A DNA stretch of 63,281 bases, filler included, from Globobulimina sp. (lineage: Eukaryota): NCBI GenBank assembly GCA_003354225.1. It is 29 parts of 29 records of this genome, joined end to end, with 100 filler letters (N's around TTAATTAATTAA, not from the genome) between each part and the next. Parts side by side here need not be neighbours in the genome. Positions count along the whole stretch, not along the records: positions 10,938 to 13,024 come from PIVH01009110.1; positions 13,125 to 15,210 come from PIVH01009111.1; positions 15,311 to 17,396 come from PIVH01009112.1; positions 17,497 to 19,582 come from PIVH01009113.1; positions 19,683 to 21,768 come from PIVH01009114.1; positions 21,869 to 23,954 come from PIVH01009115.1; 23 more parts are not named here. One strand, given 5' to 3'. The notes under the pieces are model-generated. The model was not told the origin of the DNA. It did not search any database and was given only the letters and a program-made list of their open reading frames with translations. This document shows positions 11,426-24,054 of this stretch, piece by piece (within the stretch, counting starts at the first letter, position 1; the number at the start of each line of letters is the position of its first letter). The position numbers and the translations under genes are program-made.

Positions 11426-12540
11426 ATACTGAAGCCCACGATGAGAAACTCTTTTTTGTTCAGTGGCCGCGCAAACGCGCCGGTCACGATTTTGCCCAAA
11501 ATGCAACTGCAATATACTACGCCTCGCATTATCACCGAGAGAGAGGTGAACTCTTTGACGGGTATGGCGAAGCCGATGGTGCAGGCGAAGAATATGCGTA
11601 ACATCCAGTATAAGATACGTTTGATTTGGTGGGTCCATACATGGTGAATGGTGTGGTCTGTGCAGAACATCAAACCACTCAAAAAGCCACCCAATAAATG
11701 GCTGCTGCCTACAAAATGGCATGCGGGGATTAGCACGAATGTAGAAACGAATAACAACGCTAATATACCGTTTTCGTGATGGCTTTCTGGGATTTTGGCC
11801 ATGATTTTCTTGATTAGTTTCGGGATGTAAGTCACTGCCAAGTATCCAATCACTAATATTAACACTGGCGACACGATTAGAGGCAATAAAATGTTTTTGA
11901 TGGTGGGGTGTTTCATGGCGGATAGTTCGGATAAGATAATTAATGCGATGACGTCGTCTAAGATGGCCGCAGCAATTATCAGTTGACCAGTGGGAGTGTT
12001 TAGTATTTTGGCCTTTTTTAGCACATTCAAGGCGATACCTTTTCAAATTAGTGGTTTGCTCAACTGGTCAAATATAAATGTATCAATATATATATATACC
12101 CATTGAAGTGGGAGCGAAGCAGGCACCGATTGCGATGGATGCTGCTATGTCTTGTCCAAAAAGCATGGATATAGCCAAGCCCATCGCCATTGGGATGATG
12201 GAGCCTAAGATTGCGACGGCTACACCACGCGGACCGATTAATTTTAACATGCCAATGTCGACATCGATGCCGGCTTCAACCACTAACATAATCAAACCAA
12301 TTTCGCCAATCACAATTAAGAATTCTGAACCGTGCGTGCCGACGAGATTTAACAGATTTGGACCCATTAACATACCAAACAGCATCTCGCCGACCAAGGC
12401 TGGCATTCCTAATTTGGTCGAAGCTTTACCTACGAACCACAATGATGCTACGAATAACATGACAAAGTAGACATGTGTGAATGCTCCGTCTGCATCGTGG
12501 TGAGCGACTTCTTGAGATAATGACTCATATGGATCTTCTA
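11422..12540 (-). CDS. CPA2-family cation/H+ antiporter, 3'-truncated, with intron about 12040-12099
   Basis: LGMPALVGEMLFGMLMGP, GEIGLIMLVVEAGIDVD, PTSMGIA, GQLIIAAAILDDVIALI and SHLLGGFLSG motifs. Confidence 0.88.
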
Positions 12541-13124
12541 GTTGATAAAAGGAGTCTGTTCATGGTGTTGAGGGACTTTAACGATTAATTAAAAAACTTT
12601 GCCTGGATAAAAAGTAATGTTTCCGAACAAATACAGAACATTAAAATTAAAATTATTTGTACGTTGATTATCTGTTCGTTGATTTGTACGTTGATGCATA
12701 CAAGAACAAATTCACTGAGAATACAATTCACCTAAAGAATCCAATAAAATCCATTAATATTTCCAGTGCTCTGTTTGTTGGATTGCTAAGCATTTTAAGT
12801 GTGCAATATAATAATTTTGAGAGCCAATCCAGTGCATTTTTCATTAATTATTTGGAACTGTTTGCCAACGAGAATGAGTTTTTTGTTTTTTCTTTTTTAA
12901 TTTCCATCCTCGCGCAGGTGGCAATATTCGACCGTGTGAAGTTTAATTACTGATGGCGAATGATTGCTAATTGAAAACTAAAACCAATATCCATCTCGCC
13001 GACCAATGCCACGAGTATAGGTCGNNNNNNNNNNNNNNNNNNNNNNNNNNNNNNNNNNNNNNNNNNNNTTAATTAATTAANNNNNNNNNNNNNNNNNNNN
13101 NNNNNNNNNNNNNNNNNNNNNNNN

Positions 13125-13943
13125 GCCTGCTGGAAATACTGCAACAATATGAAAAACTTGAGAATAATATACACCACATCCCAGTTTTGGTGTAGATTTG
13201 AATGAGCCATCAAATGCCAACCAAGGAGCATCTCTTAATATTTTTGCATGCTCTTTGTCACAAAATAATTGCACCACATTCAACTCATCAGATCCCAAAT
13301 AACTTAATCCTGCATTTTTTTCATATGATTCCCTTTGCTTTTCATCAAAAGTCCCATCGGACGCAAGTTTATATCCCCACCAATTTTGTGCATATTCTGG
13401 ATGTTCTTTCATTTCCCATTCAATCACAACTGCATTTGCAGGTGTCTTTGGTGGACCATATTCGTCCTTAATTCTATAAATTAATAACTTCCATTTTTCC
13501 AAATTTTTGATATATCGAACCCAATACGGATGTTCACGTCGTGTAACTTCAAAATATTCATTTCCTGTGCTACTTCCTTTATTTTCTCTGATTTTCCTCA
13601 TCAAAGCACATTTAAATCCACGGCAAGCAAGTACCTTGTCATCAATGATAGTATGACATGATTTGGCAAAATCATGTGTATCAATTTTATCTCCAAATGA
13701 ATCAAATTGTAAAATTCCATCGCATTCTGTTGTATTTAATATTAATCCACATTTAGCTGCGCATCGCCAAGCCGTTGAACCATTTGTTTTATGATACAAA
13801 AAATAAAATTTGTATCGATTATATGCAATAATTCGACGAGTTCCTTCTTGTGGCAACTCAAACACTTTTGACATGGATAACACAACACAAATGCAAATGG
13901 AAACAGTCAATAATACATGCATCAATATTATTAATCCTAGCAC
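13125..13943 (-). mobile_element. MULE/Mutator-like transposase, 5' part, with FLYWCH/WRKY-like N-terminal domain
   Basis: YKFY...WRCAAKC...H zinc-binding-like segment; AFDGSFKSTPK...YSQVFHI matches the MULE DGTFK..P..FYQL motif around the first catalytic Asp. Confidence 0.75.
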
Positions 13944-14077
13944 TCGGATACTGATGTTTATGAATTAATGCAAAGCCACTAAGTCCACACAAAAGTTTTG
14001 TTTCTTTTTATTTTCATTTTCGGCGTTTTTACGTATTTTCAGATCTTCATCAAAAGAATAAATCTGCTCTTATTTGT

Positions 14078-15210
14078 ATGTTGGATTTGCATAAAATTGA
14101 ATATGAAAAACGAGACACGAATGACGTATTAATTGATTTATTAAAAGAATTCAAAAACGAAGAGACTAAAAAATATAAAAATAAATTAATTCGCGAGAGA
14201 GCGAAAGAAAAAAGAGCAACAAAAAAGAAAAGAACAACAGCAAAGAAACGAAACAAAAAAGATCCAAGTTCAGTGAATGCATTTATTATTTATAAAATAT
14301 TACATAATAATATTTAGTTTGTAAGGTGCCAGCACGTTTGGATGAGAATGATTTTGATATGGAATTTACCGCTGAGGAGGTACAAAAACCACCTCATAAT
14401 TTACAAAATGCACAAGTTTCAAAGCCCGAGAAAATTATGGAAATATCTGATTTCATTTTTGATAAAAATGATAATAATGATAATAAAAATGACAATGATA
14501 ACAAAATTGATATGATTATGAATGATAAGGAGAATGAAAATGATATGATATTTGAACAGGAAACGATTGAGAATGCATTGAATCGAATGGAATTGAAAGA
14601 AAGTCAAATAAAGGTAATATTGAATGCAGAATTTGAGGATATCGATGATATTTTATTATTGAATGGAAATGAATTATTACAGATGTGATTTAAAATGGGT
14701 CCAATAAAAGCTATTCAGAGGAAATTGGATGCTGAGAAAAGGAGAAAAGGTATGGATGCACAAAAAGGCGATGCAGAGATGAAGGATAATAATATGATGC
14801 AACAGTTATTGAATGTATTGCAGCGTGGAAATAGAAATAATATGAATGTAAAGCAGCGTGGGAATAATGAAAATAATGAGAATAAAAAGCTTTGGTTTAA
14901 ATTAGATAATAAACGGCGATGTTATGTGGGAGCAATTAAGGAAGAATGGGTGAAAGCATATAATTTGAAAGCATTATCAATTATTTTTGAATCATTGGAA
15001 TGTACCGATGCTTCAGTAATCAGTATTGTTTTTATGATGAAAATGCCAAAGAATAGCCTCATTCAAATATTGAGGAAGTGAAGAAAATATAACATTTTTT
15101 AGATGGGATAAAATTTATAAAAATTTTTAGGGAGGATAGAGGTGGAAATGCATGGGGAGGAAGTACAGGATATACAGCAACATTTGGCAGGAATACAATA
15201 TGTTCATTGG
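14078..15210 (+). pseudogene. Disrupted gene with a SAM-like domain
   Basis: LNAEFEDIDDILLLNGNELLQM*FKMGPIKAIQRKL has TGA where SAM domains have Gly; further stops or frameshifts follow 15080. Confidence 0.45.
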
Positions 15211-15310
15211 NNNNNNNNNNNNNNNNNNNNNNNNNNNNNNNNNNNNNNNNNNNNTTAATTAATTAANNNNNNNNNNNNNNNNNNNNNNNNNNNNNNNNNN
15301 NNNNNNNNNN

Positions 15311-15660
15311 CCGATCTTTGTTGCATCATTTTAGCTCTCGGTGGTGGCCCATCCACAGCGATGTAGATTAATAGTTTGGGCTCAACGAAATCTAACAACA
15401 TATCCAAATAACGATGCATAAATTCAATCATTTCCTTCTCATTCTTTGGTCTTGGCTGACGATTCAAAAAATGGTTAAGATATAAAATGTATGAATGTAA
15501 TGAAAAACATAACGTTTCCTTCAGGATGACAGCAAGGATGGATGATACCATTCATATCCAGGTAAAAATAATCGCAAACAAATTTATTTTCTCGGTTCAG
15601 TTTTTCCACAATGTTTGGATATTTCTGAACCAGCCAATTAAACAAGCCTGGAACACCCAT
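15311..15660 (-). CDS. XRN-family 5'-3' exoribonuclease (XRN2/Rat1-like N-terminus), 3'-partial, one intron
   Basis: [25 protein letters not shown] and [19 protein letters not shown]. Confidence 0.92.
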
Positions 15661-15718
15661 GATCGTCGAGTAGAGCTTTTAGTAACACAGTTTAATTAAA
15701 AAGTTTTCAAACAGAATA

Positions 15719-16565
15719 ATGGCGTTGCAACAGTTAAAATACACTTGAAATGCAAACAGAAAACAACATTTATTATATATAGAAGCAAAGATTTGGATGA
15801 TACAAAAATAACAGAATCGGGAGAATCAAGTAATGCATTAAAAGAATCGCAAACATTAACAATTCCATCGAATGAACATCCTTTACAATCATCATGGACA
15901 TTATATTGGTATTTGTTAAATAAAGACTATTTAGCACCAAATATTAGTAATTCATCACAGGAATTATATTTAGATTGTTTACGTAAATTAGGGAGATTTA
16001 ATTCAATTGAATCATTTTGGAGACATTATTGTCATTTAAAAAAACCGAGTCAATTAGATGATGGGTTGAATATTGCTGTATTTCGAGAAAATTTAGTTCC
16101 GGCTTGGGAGGTATATTACGGTCATAATATATATAAATTAAAATATAAACCAGTTCTATCACATAAAAATGTGCTGTTATACTTGTTTTACATTTTATTT
16201 ATATATTACTATATTCACAGTCATTTCCAAGCGGCGGTTGTTGGATTATTAAGATATCGAAACAGGAGACATTTGTGGATTCATTGTGGGAGGAATTGTT
16301 TATGTCAACCATTAATGAAAATTTTTTAACCCCAGAATTGGTGGGCATTTTATTATCAATTCGGAGGAATGTTTGTTTAATTTCTATTTGGAACAGTGAC
16401 AATGCCCAAAATGATTTGAAATTTCAGATTGGTGAAAGGTTAAAAGAATTATTAAATTTAGCCGAAGAAAGTACTGTGGAATATAAATATTTTTCAGATG
16501 CGGTTAAAGATAATTCAACACATAGAAATGCCGCGGCTTATACATACATTAGGATTGATCAATAA
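15719..16565 (+). CDS. eIF4E-family cap-binding protein, 3 exons
   Basis: HPLQSSWTLY, FNSIESFWRHY.HL..PSQL, VFRENLVPAWE|SFPSGGCW and ISIWN; introns 15733-15782 and 16111-16220. Confidence 0.9.
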
Positions 16566-16993
16566 ATCAGTAACGATCTGTTGTCTTCAGCCCTATAACT
16601 CATATTCCATACTTTTGTATTATATAATCATGCCATGTCGTGTTTACTTACAATATTTCAGAAATTTGTCCTCTAATAATGTAGATGGGGAAATTTCTCA
16701 CATAAATGTTTCGTTGGTCGACGATGGTTATAACAGTTTTCCATTCGTTGATGTTACATATATTGTGCAAGGATATATACCTGACAAAGCATGTATACAC
16801 GTGGTTGTTAACTTTGTTTCTGGGGAATTCTTAAGAGATAAAATAAAGCCTGATCTAGATTAGCATTGATGGAAAAAATGAATTTAAAATTATAGAACGA
16901 TAAATAAATCAATTGCAATAAAAAAGAAATAATAAAGAAAAAAAATAATGAATACAAACACAAATTATATACTTTGCTTAAATTTAATTAATT

Positions 16994-17396
16994 TTATACT
17001 TGCAAACCTCCAGTTGTTTCAAACGAAGCTACTCCTTTTGGTTTTTTATAATAACAAAAATAAAATAATACTGAATTAACCACTAAAAAGGCAGCAACAA
17101 ACACCCATAAATAAATAACGCTTTGTTTACTCAAATCTAATGATACAACAATATCGCCCGTCGTGTCATCAATCTCATCATAATCAACCTCATCATCACC
17201 CGAACAACAATAATTTCCTTCATTACATGCAGCTTCGTCGTAATTTGCAGATTGAGCATCACAAAGTGCATCCGACCAATTATCACATTCAAATAAAACA
17301 CAATCAAATACAGCTTCGGCTGCTGCTAAAACAGCATTTGGTGCATTATTTTGGGCCGTTGCATGGAGACTGTTTATGGCCAATACGAAAATGAGC
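16994..17396 (-). CDS. C-terminal fragment of a Cys/acidic single-pass membrane protein
   Basis: Open from the contig edge; TM helix near the C-terminus. Confidence 0.55.
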
Positions 17397-17580
17397 NNNN
17401 NNNNNNNNNNNNNNNNNNNNNNNNNNNNNNNNNNNNNNNNTTAATTAATTAANNNNNNNNNNNNNNNNNNNNNNNNNNNNNNNNNNNNNNNNNNNNAAGT
17501 TTTTTTAATAAACCTAACTAAAAATCATTTCCATTTTTTATCATGTTTTATTCCTTAATTAATCAAAAGTATTAGACAAA

Positions 17581-19466
17581 ATGATGGGAAAATTGAGAAT
17601 GTCGCGTTCTATGAGAAAATTAAGGAGACATAACAGAGTTTCGACCCTTTCAAATGCATTGTATGATGATTCAGACTCAGAACAAGAATGTGATCGCAAG
17701 GCTCAAATTCCATGCAAACAATACACATTAAAATATAATGACTCCATTATTCAATTATCTGCGTCAAATATTGCTCAAATACCTCCATCTTTAATATGCT
17801 ATATCTTCGGTTTGTAATTGTTCCCTTTTTTTTCTTGGAGCAAAACCAATCGTATTTTGAAAAAAAAAACAGATTATATGACTTTTAATGATTTAATGAA
17901 AATAAGAGATGTTTACAATAAATATTTATCAATTGATGTATTATGGAAATATTTAACATCGAAAAATAATAATAAGAATAATAATGATTCATTTTGTTGC
18001 AATAAATTTTTATTTATTGGAAAGTTTGAAAATATAAAATCATCAAATTTAATTCCAACAAAACAAATACTTCCAACAAATTATTGTAGTATGACTTCGA
18101 ATGCAAATGCAAATGTAAGAGAGTTTGGGACTGAACCTGCAAAAAAACGACGTCGTTTGACCATGAATTCGGTATTTTCTTTTTATTCATTGTATCCAAA
18201 TTTGTATTCAAAATTTTCTGAAAAAACAAAAAGACACAAATTGCACCAAAAAATGAACGAATTCGACTTTTAAAAGTATCAGAAAATTTTATAATTTATG
18301 CGAATGATGAACAACCACCAAATCACTTATTTTATTCACGAATTCATATTCGATCAGCACTAAGCATGGAATATATCGATTATATCTTATTTAAAGACGG
18401 GGTGGTTAATATTATTGAAGTTTATGATAATTTAATAATTTTATGTGGGGAAAAAAAAGGAACTAAAACGAATGAAAAAAAAGGACAAATAAAAATTTAT
18501 GAAATAAACGTTGAAGAAAATATTTCAAAAATAAAAGGCATTTCTGATTTGTCCGTCTCATCCATGATTAATGGAATACAAATTGATTCAGATAAGAATT
18601 TATTGATATTCATAACAGATACAAATCATATTTGTTTTTGGAATATTAAACATAAACAAAGCTGTAGTATCTGCGCCCACCGTTTGAATATAACTAATAA
18701 TGCTTTTGTATTGTCAATGGATTGCATTTTCATAGCGAGTCCAGCACAGATTCATTTAATGAGAGTTGCCGATGTTTTATTAGATGCAAATAACACAAAC
18801 AATGCAATCAATAAGAAAAGAATGTGTGTCACAGTGCATAATAAGAATAATGGTGATGTTTGTAATGATTTTCCAAATGACAGCGCAAAATATATTATGC
18901 TAACTATTGAAGAAAAGCGTGATTTATGGGAGGAATGGAGTGATAAAAGAATTATCAAAGAGATAAAAAGAATTGAATTTGGTGTGGTTTATTTCATTGA
19001 AAATGAATCGGAATTTTGTATTTTAAGATGTGATACGAATAATATGATTAAAAATATTAAAAAAAATCAAGATTTAAATATATCATTTGTTGAAATTAAA
19101 CAGTTGGATCCAAATGTTTATGTTTGGCTTGATGGTCAAGGACAATTTCCTCATCTTTTGGATGGAATACAATGTAAAATTAAACTTATTCATAACAATA
19201 ACACTCGTATTCCACTAAAGATTATAACAATTTATTGTTTTGAAAATTTGATATTTGTAATGGATAATAAATATTCTTTGTGGATTTATACGGACTTTGG
19301 ATTATTTATAAGAAAAATATATATTTATGATAAGATTAAAAATGACGATAATGAACAAGTAATTTGTGATAGAAAACAATGTCCAAATATTGGTTTCGAT
19401 GGACAAAAATTATGGGTACTCATCAATGAAAACAAATTATATTCCGTTCCATTTAAAGCACCATAA
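17581..19466 (+). CDS. F-box protein with a probable beta-propeller-like C-terminus, 3 exons
   Basis: Splicing at about 17810-17872 gives IPPSLICYIFDYMTFNDLMKIRDV...DVLWK (F-box). A second intron at about 18172-18233 joins the 18366 ORF. Confidence 0.65.
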
Positions 19467-19932
19467 TTAATTTAGTAATAAAATGTGATTGTCATAAAAT
19501 AACTTATTAACAATATTTTTTTTTATTTTAATTATATACGCAATAAGAACTGCAATTCATTTTTCAGCGTCAGAACATTTTCNNNNNNNNNNNNNNNNNN
19601 NNNNNNNNNNNNNNNNNNNNNNNNNNTTAATTAATTAANNNNNNNNNNNNNNNNNNNNNNNNNNNNNNNNNNNNNNNNNNNNCATTACAATTGTTTTTAG
19701 GTCGTTGCAACGGATCACATATTATTTTTCCTTTTTGTATACTTGACATTATACCTAAAACTCAACTGGATAGCTTAGAGTTTTTTCATTATGAACTTTG
19801 TCAGGTTTTATGTTGCAAATTTTTGCTGTACAAGCAAACATAGTTTGTTTATTGTCATAGTATACAGTGCATACAAACAGTCATAAACACATACAAAACG
19901 GCACATATTATACATATACAGTATCACACTGT

Positions 19933-21507
19933 TTATTCTGCTTTTTCATGACATACAGTTTGATCATTTGCATCCATTGTTTCTGTTCCTAGCGTATTAC
20001 CCGCGGTATCACTTGCTGTTGTATAGATTTCATAATTTAATTCCTTTTTAACCCCAATAACAAGAGATCCCTCACCCTCCGATCTAGAATCCATTTCTTC
20101 CGCCTTTTCTTCTTCAAAGTCAATCTGAATCATTGCTTGCGCAAATTGTGTTTGTACGACATCTAAGATAGCATCCCAATTATTTCCCTTTTCTTTCTTA
20201 TCAATATATCCACCATCTGTATTACCGCCTGTTTCATGATCATTTGTTTCAGAATGTTTCGTATTGTCAGCATCATTTGGGACCTGAGGATCATTAAAAT
20301 TAACCATTTCAACCAAACCATCAGCACTTCCTTGAGGCTTAAATATGACGATATCATTTTTTCCCTTTTTTTCCCTACAAAAACAATAATAAGCAACAAA
20401 CATTAAACAACTGACAAGCAATACAGCAATAACACAAGCACCAATAATTAGATTTGATATTAACTTTTCATTTTTTGCATTATTGCTATTATGGTCACTT
20501 ACTACATCCACTTCAACATCCACTATGTCTGGATATTCATCTTCCAATTCTCTTTTTATATCATCACCATGCAAATCACCATCAGTTGTAACGAAAATAA
20601 TTATTTTATCATCATCAACAGATACAAGTTCAGCGGTATTTACATTATCCAAATTCAATATATCACCAATTATTTGATTTAATTCAACAGCTGTTAATTG
20701 TTCGGCATCCACTAAAGTGATTGTAATCTCATGTCCTTCGCTTGTTGGATTTGTAGTGGTTGGATTTACTGTGGGAATATGTGTTGGATTATATGTTGGA
20801 TCTTTTGTTGGAATATGTGTTGGAAAATATGTTGGATTTACTGTGGGAATCTGTGTTGGATCAAATGTTGATTCTGTTGGATCAAAAACATATATATTTA
20901 TATCAGGACATAAGTAAATGATAGATATATTATATACAACCAAACTGGTTGGATTTGCAGTGATTGGTATTCCATAGATTTCTAAATGTGACAAATAAAC
21001 CCAATATAAACCCGTTTCCGTTTCCAATACCCATTTTAGTTTCATATTTGGTTTATTATCGATATAATTTGCGTTTGGAGAGGGATAAAAATTAATATTC
21101 AATGCTGGATCAGGATTATCAATATTAAGTGTATTGGAATACCAATATGTGTTCATATTAGCATTAAAATTTGCATCTGGATATAAATAGAGCCAAAATG
21201 TATCCATGGAATTTGTATTGCCTTTTGCAGTCACCGACAATTTAACATATATGTTGTGATATCCTTCGGTTGAAAAGATTTTGCTAGCCCAGCCTCCCAA
21301 GAATGGTAAATAGCAACATCTTGGTGTATTCACACAGTTTGTGTTCTTGGAAGGCATACTCGGTTGGAACCCAGCTCCATCATTATTGCCAAGAGTCCAA
21401 CCAGTTGAATCATCCATTATTTCATGGTATATGCGGACATGCTGTCCTATCAATGGATCAATTAAAATACTTCCTATGACTGCAACACACAATGAGGAAA
21501 GCATCAT
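19933..21507 (-). CDS. Type I membrane surface protein with PT (xPTxxPT) mucin-like repeats
   Basis: Signal peptide, DPTQIPTVNPTYFPTHIPT repeats, TM helix and acidic tail; probable short intron near 20880-20935. Confidence 0.75.
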   Translation of the reverse strand: MMLSSLCVAVIGSILIDPLIGQHVRIYHEIMDDSTGWTLGNNDGAGFQPSMPSKNTNCVNTPRCCYLPFLGGWASKIFSTEGYHNIYVKLSVTAKGNTNSMDTFWLYLYPDANFNANMNTYWYSNTLNIDNPDPALNINFYPSPNANYIDNKPNMKLKWVLETETGLYWVYLSHLEIYGIPITANPTSLVVYNISIIYLCPDINIYVFDPTESTFDPTQIPTVNPTYFPTHIPTKDPTYNPTHIPTVNPTTTNPTSEGHEITITLVDAEQLTAVELNQIIGDILNLDNVNTAELVSVDDDKIIIFVTTDGDLHGDDIKRELEDEYPDIVDVEVDVVSDHNSNNAKNEKLISNLIIGACVIAVLLVSCLMFVAYYCFCREKKGKNDIVIFKPQGSADGLVEMVNFNDPQVPNDADNTKHSETNDHETGGNTDGGYIDKKEKGNNWDAILDVVQTQFAQAMIQIDFEEEKAEEMDSRSEGEGSLVIGVKKELNYEIYTTASDTAGNTLGTETMDANDQTVCHEKAE

Positions 21508-21910
21508 TTACTTACTTCGAAAATCTTAATTAGTAGATCTTTCGGGTACTGGATGCACACTTGGGAAGTAGTAGACTAGTAGTGGGTGCACACTAAAGAA
21601 GATTAAAAGTAAAAAGTTTGCGGATTTTGGATCTAAAAAGATTACAAGCTGTCGAACATAAGTACAGGATATAAAAATAATTGGTTTGTTCTGTGTTTAT
21701 TTAAAAAAAACAGATGTGTAGAAACGATTTTAATTGAATTTATTGGTAAACAAATAATGGATAAAACANNNNNNNNNNNNNNNNNNNNNNNNNNNNNNNN
21801 NNNNNNNNNNNNTTAATTAATTAANNNNNNNNNNNNNNNNNNNNNNNNNNNNNNNNNNNNNNNNNNNNTGATTAAAAAGTAAAGAGGTGTTTGACAGAGT
21901 TTTTTAAAAT

Positions 21911-23082
21911 TCAGTACATATCGGAGACCCCTAATGTTAAAGCTACAGAATAAAATTTTGAATTTGCATCGTTTGATACACCATCCAACGGCTGCATTGT
22001 TGGCTGATTGGAAGGTATTTTTGTTGGTTGTCCTGATGGATTGGTTGTGGGTGAAATTGTAGGCGATGCACTGTCCAATGGGTGTAGTGTTGGCATCATA
22101 CTTGGATTTGGTGTCATATCACTGGGCATATTGCTCGGTGCCATACTTGGAAAGTTTGTTACCTCCGTCGGGGTATTTGTTGCTTCAATCCACGGACAAC
22201 AAGAATGTACATAGCTGGAACACACGTATTCATTGACACCGTATCAAAACTGGCTGTCCCACGAAGCGACATTACATGACACCCTCAAGTCGTCACAATT
22301 TGGTGCAGCCAAACATGTGACATTCAAATAATCTGTCACTACATCACCACGCGTATTAACCTGAGCGTAATCAAAACATGCTGAGCCATCACATGCTATT
22401 TGGCATTGATTAGTGGTCGAAGCAGGACAGTAAATATCAATCGCATGGCAGGAATTATCACCAATACAGCTTAGTGTCACTGTATCAGCAACATAGTCGC
22501 CATGCCACTGTGCAAAATAGCATGCATACGGTGTTAGACATTGTATATTTGCCATGTTTGCGTGTCGAAAATCAACAAATCCAATATCTGTTCCACAGGG
22601 TGCGTTCCAATAATATGGCGAAACATCATTAAAACAGGTCATGTTGTATGCTGTTGCATAGGTTGCATAAATCTTAGCTTTATTGCAGGCATATTTGCCA
22701 TTACAGTCAATCGAAATATAATTATAATCGGCATGGACTTCGAAATATTTACAATTTGAATCGCCGATACATTGAATGTTACAAATACTGCCATTTGATA
22801 TTGGACAATGAATGGTAGAATAAGCACATCTTTTTTTTTTATTTTACTATTGCTATTGTAATGGAGTGAGAAACACACAAACCTTTCAACACCATTACAG
22901 AATACAGTGAGTGAGTTAGCATTTGTGCCGTTAAGGGTGACATTGTAACAATTAATTGCGTTGCAGTCAATAATACAATCTGTTTCGCGTTGACATATGA
23001 TATCTGTTCCATATGCAATGGATAAAAAGATACAAATTACTGCTGTAACTTTGTTTGTTTGGTATAGATTCTATTGATGCAT
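21911..23082 (-). pseudogene. Cys-rich secreted/surface protein with PT repeats, carrying two in-frame stops
   Basis: The frame is continuous after an intron at about 22831-22882, with repeated C.G..SC....I.CP units. TAG at 23071-23073 and TGA at 22244-22246 interrupt it. Confidence 0.65.
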
Positions 23083-23398
23083 GAATACTTGATTTGTGCT
23101 GTGTGTTTCTAGCTGACCAGTCGTGAAATATATTATTGGATCAGTCTGTGATTCGACAATGAAATATATTTCATTTGACCAGCGAGAAATCAGAACAAAT
23201 CAATTTTTTGATGAATGGATATGTATATATGTTTGCTGTTCATTACCTGGACTGCGTAGACTGCTCAAAATGGACATTGCAAATATGAGTTTTTTTTGAA
23301 CAGAAAAATAAGAAAAAACTAATATTTAAAATAACCACTACAGTTAATATCAACAACAACTCGAATACGAGTTCCATCAAATAGCAAATTAATTAATT

Positions 23399-23887
23399 AT
23401 GGATCTATTTAAATATGTGCTGCGTATTTTAATTTATTCACTTTATTTTTGCAATTGTGCTGAATTGCAATCTTCCCCAAATGTAACAACATGCAGCGCA
23501 CTGGATTCATATGTGACATTTTCATCGCGTATTTCCACTGAAACTGTATTATCATCGCAAGCCTTATTCCCACCAAACCAATATTACATTCCACCATCTC
23601 TAGTCACAATTTTATCAACCACTGACAATCCGTGTAATGAAACACAAATAAAAACCAATATAACCAACAAAATACTGTTGCTATACACCTCTCCAAACTG
23701 CACAGATCATTACAAAGCCTACGTGGCACAAAAAAATGGTGCAATCGCAGTCATCATCGCGTCCAACGACGACACAGTACACAGTATACCTTCAGATGCA
23801 AAAATTAAATCCAATACAACCATACCAACCCGTGGTATTTCGCGATATACGGCTGATTTTATCGTACGACAAATAACAGGTAAATAG
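23399..23887 (+). CDS. Secreted/membrane protein with a PA (protease-associated) domain, 3'-partial
   Basis: Signal peptide; NKILLL...NC....KAYVAQKNGAIAVII..N...TIPTRGISR PA-domain signature. Confidence 0.75.
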   Translation: MDLFKYVLRILIYSLYFCNCAELQSSPNVTTCSALDSYVTFSSRISTETVLSSQALFPPNQYYIPPSLVTILSTTDNPCNETQIKTNITNKILLLYTSPNCTDHYKAYVAQKNGAIAVIIASNDDTVHSIPSDAKIKSNTTIPTRGISRYTADFIVRQITGK

Positions 23888-24054
23888 CTAATATGTATAC
23901 TTTGTGCAAGGATATAAATATTAAACAACACATAAAAAAAAAAACAATTAAAGTNNNNNNNNNNNNNNNNNNNNNNNNNNNNNNNNNNNNNNNNNNNNTT
24001 AATTAATTAANNNNNNNNNNNNNNNNNNNNNNNNNNNNNNNNNNNNNNNNNNNN

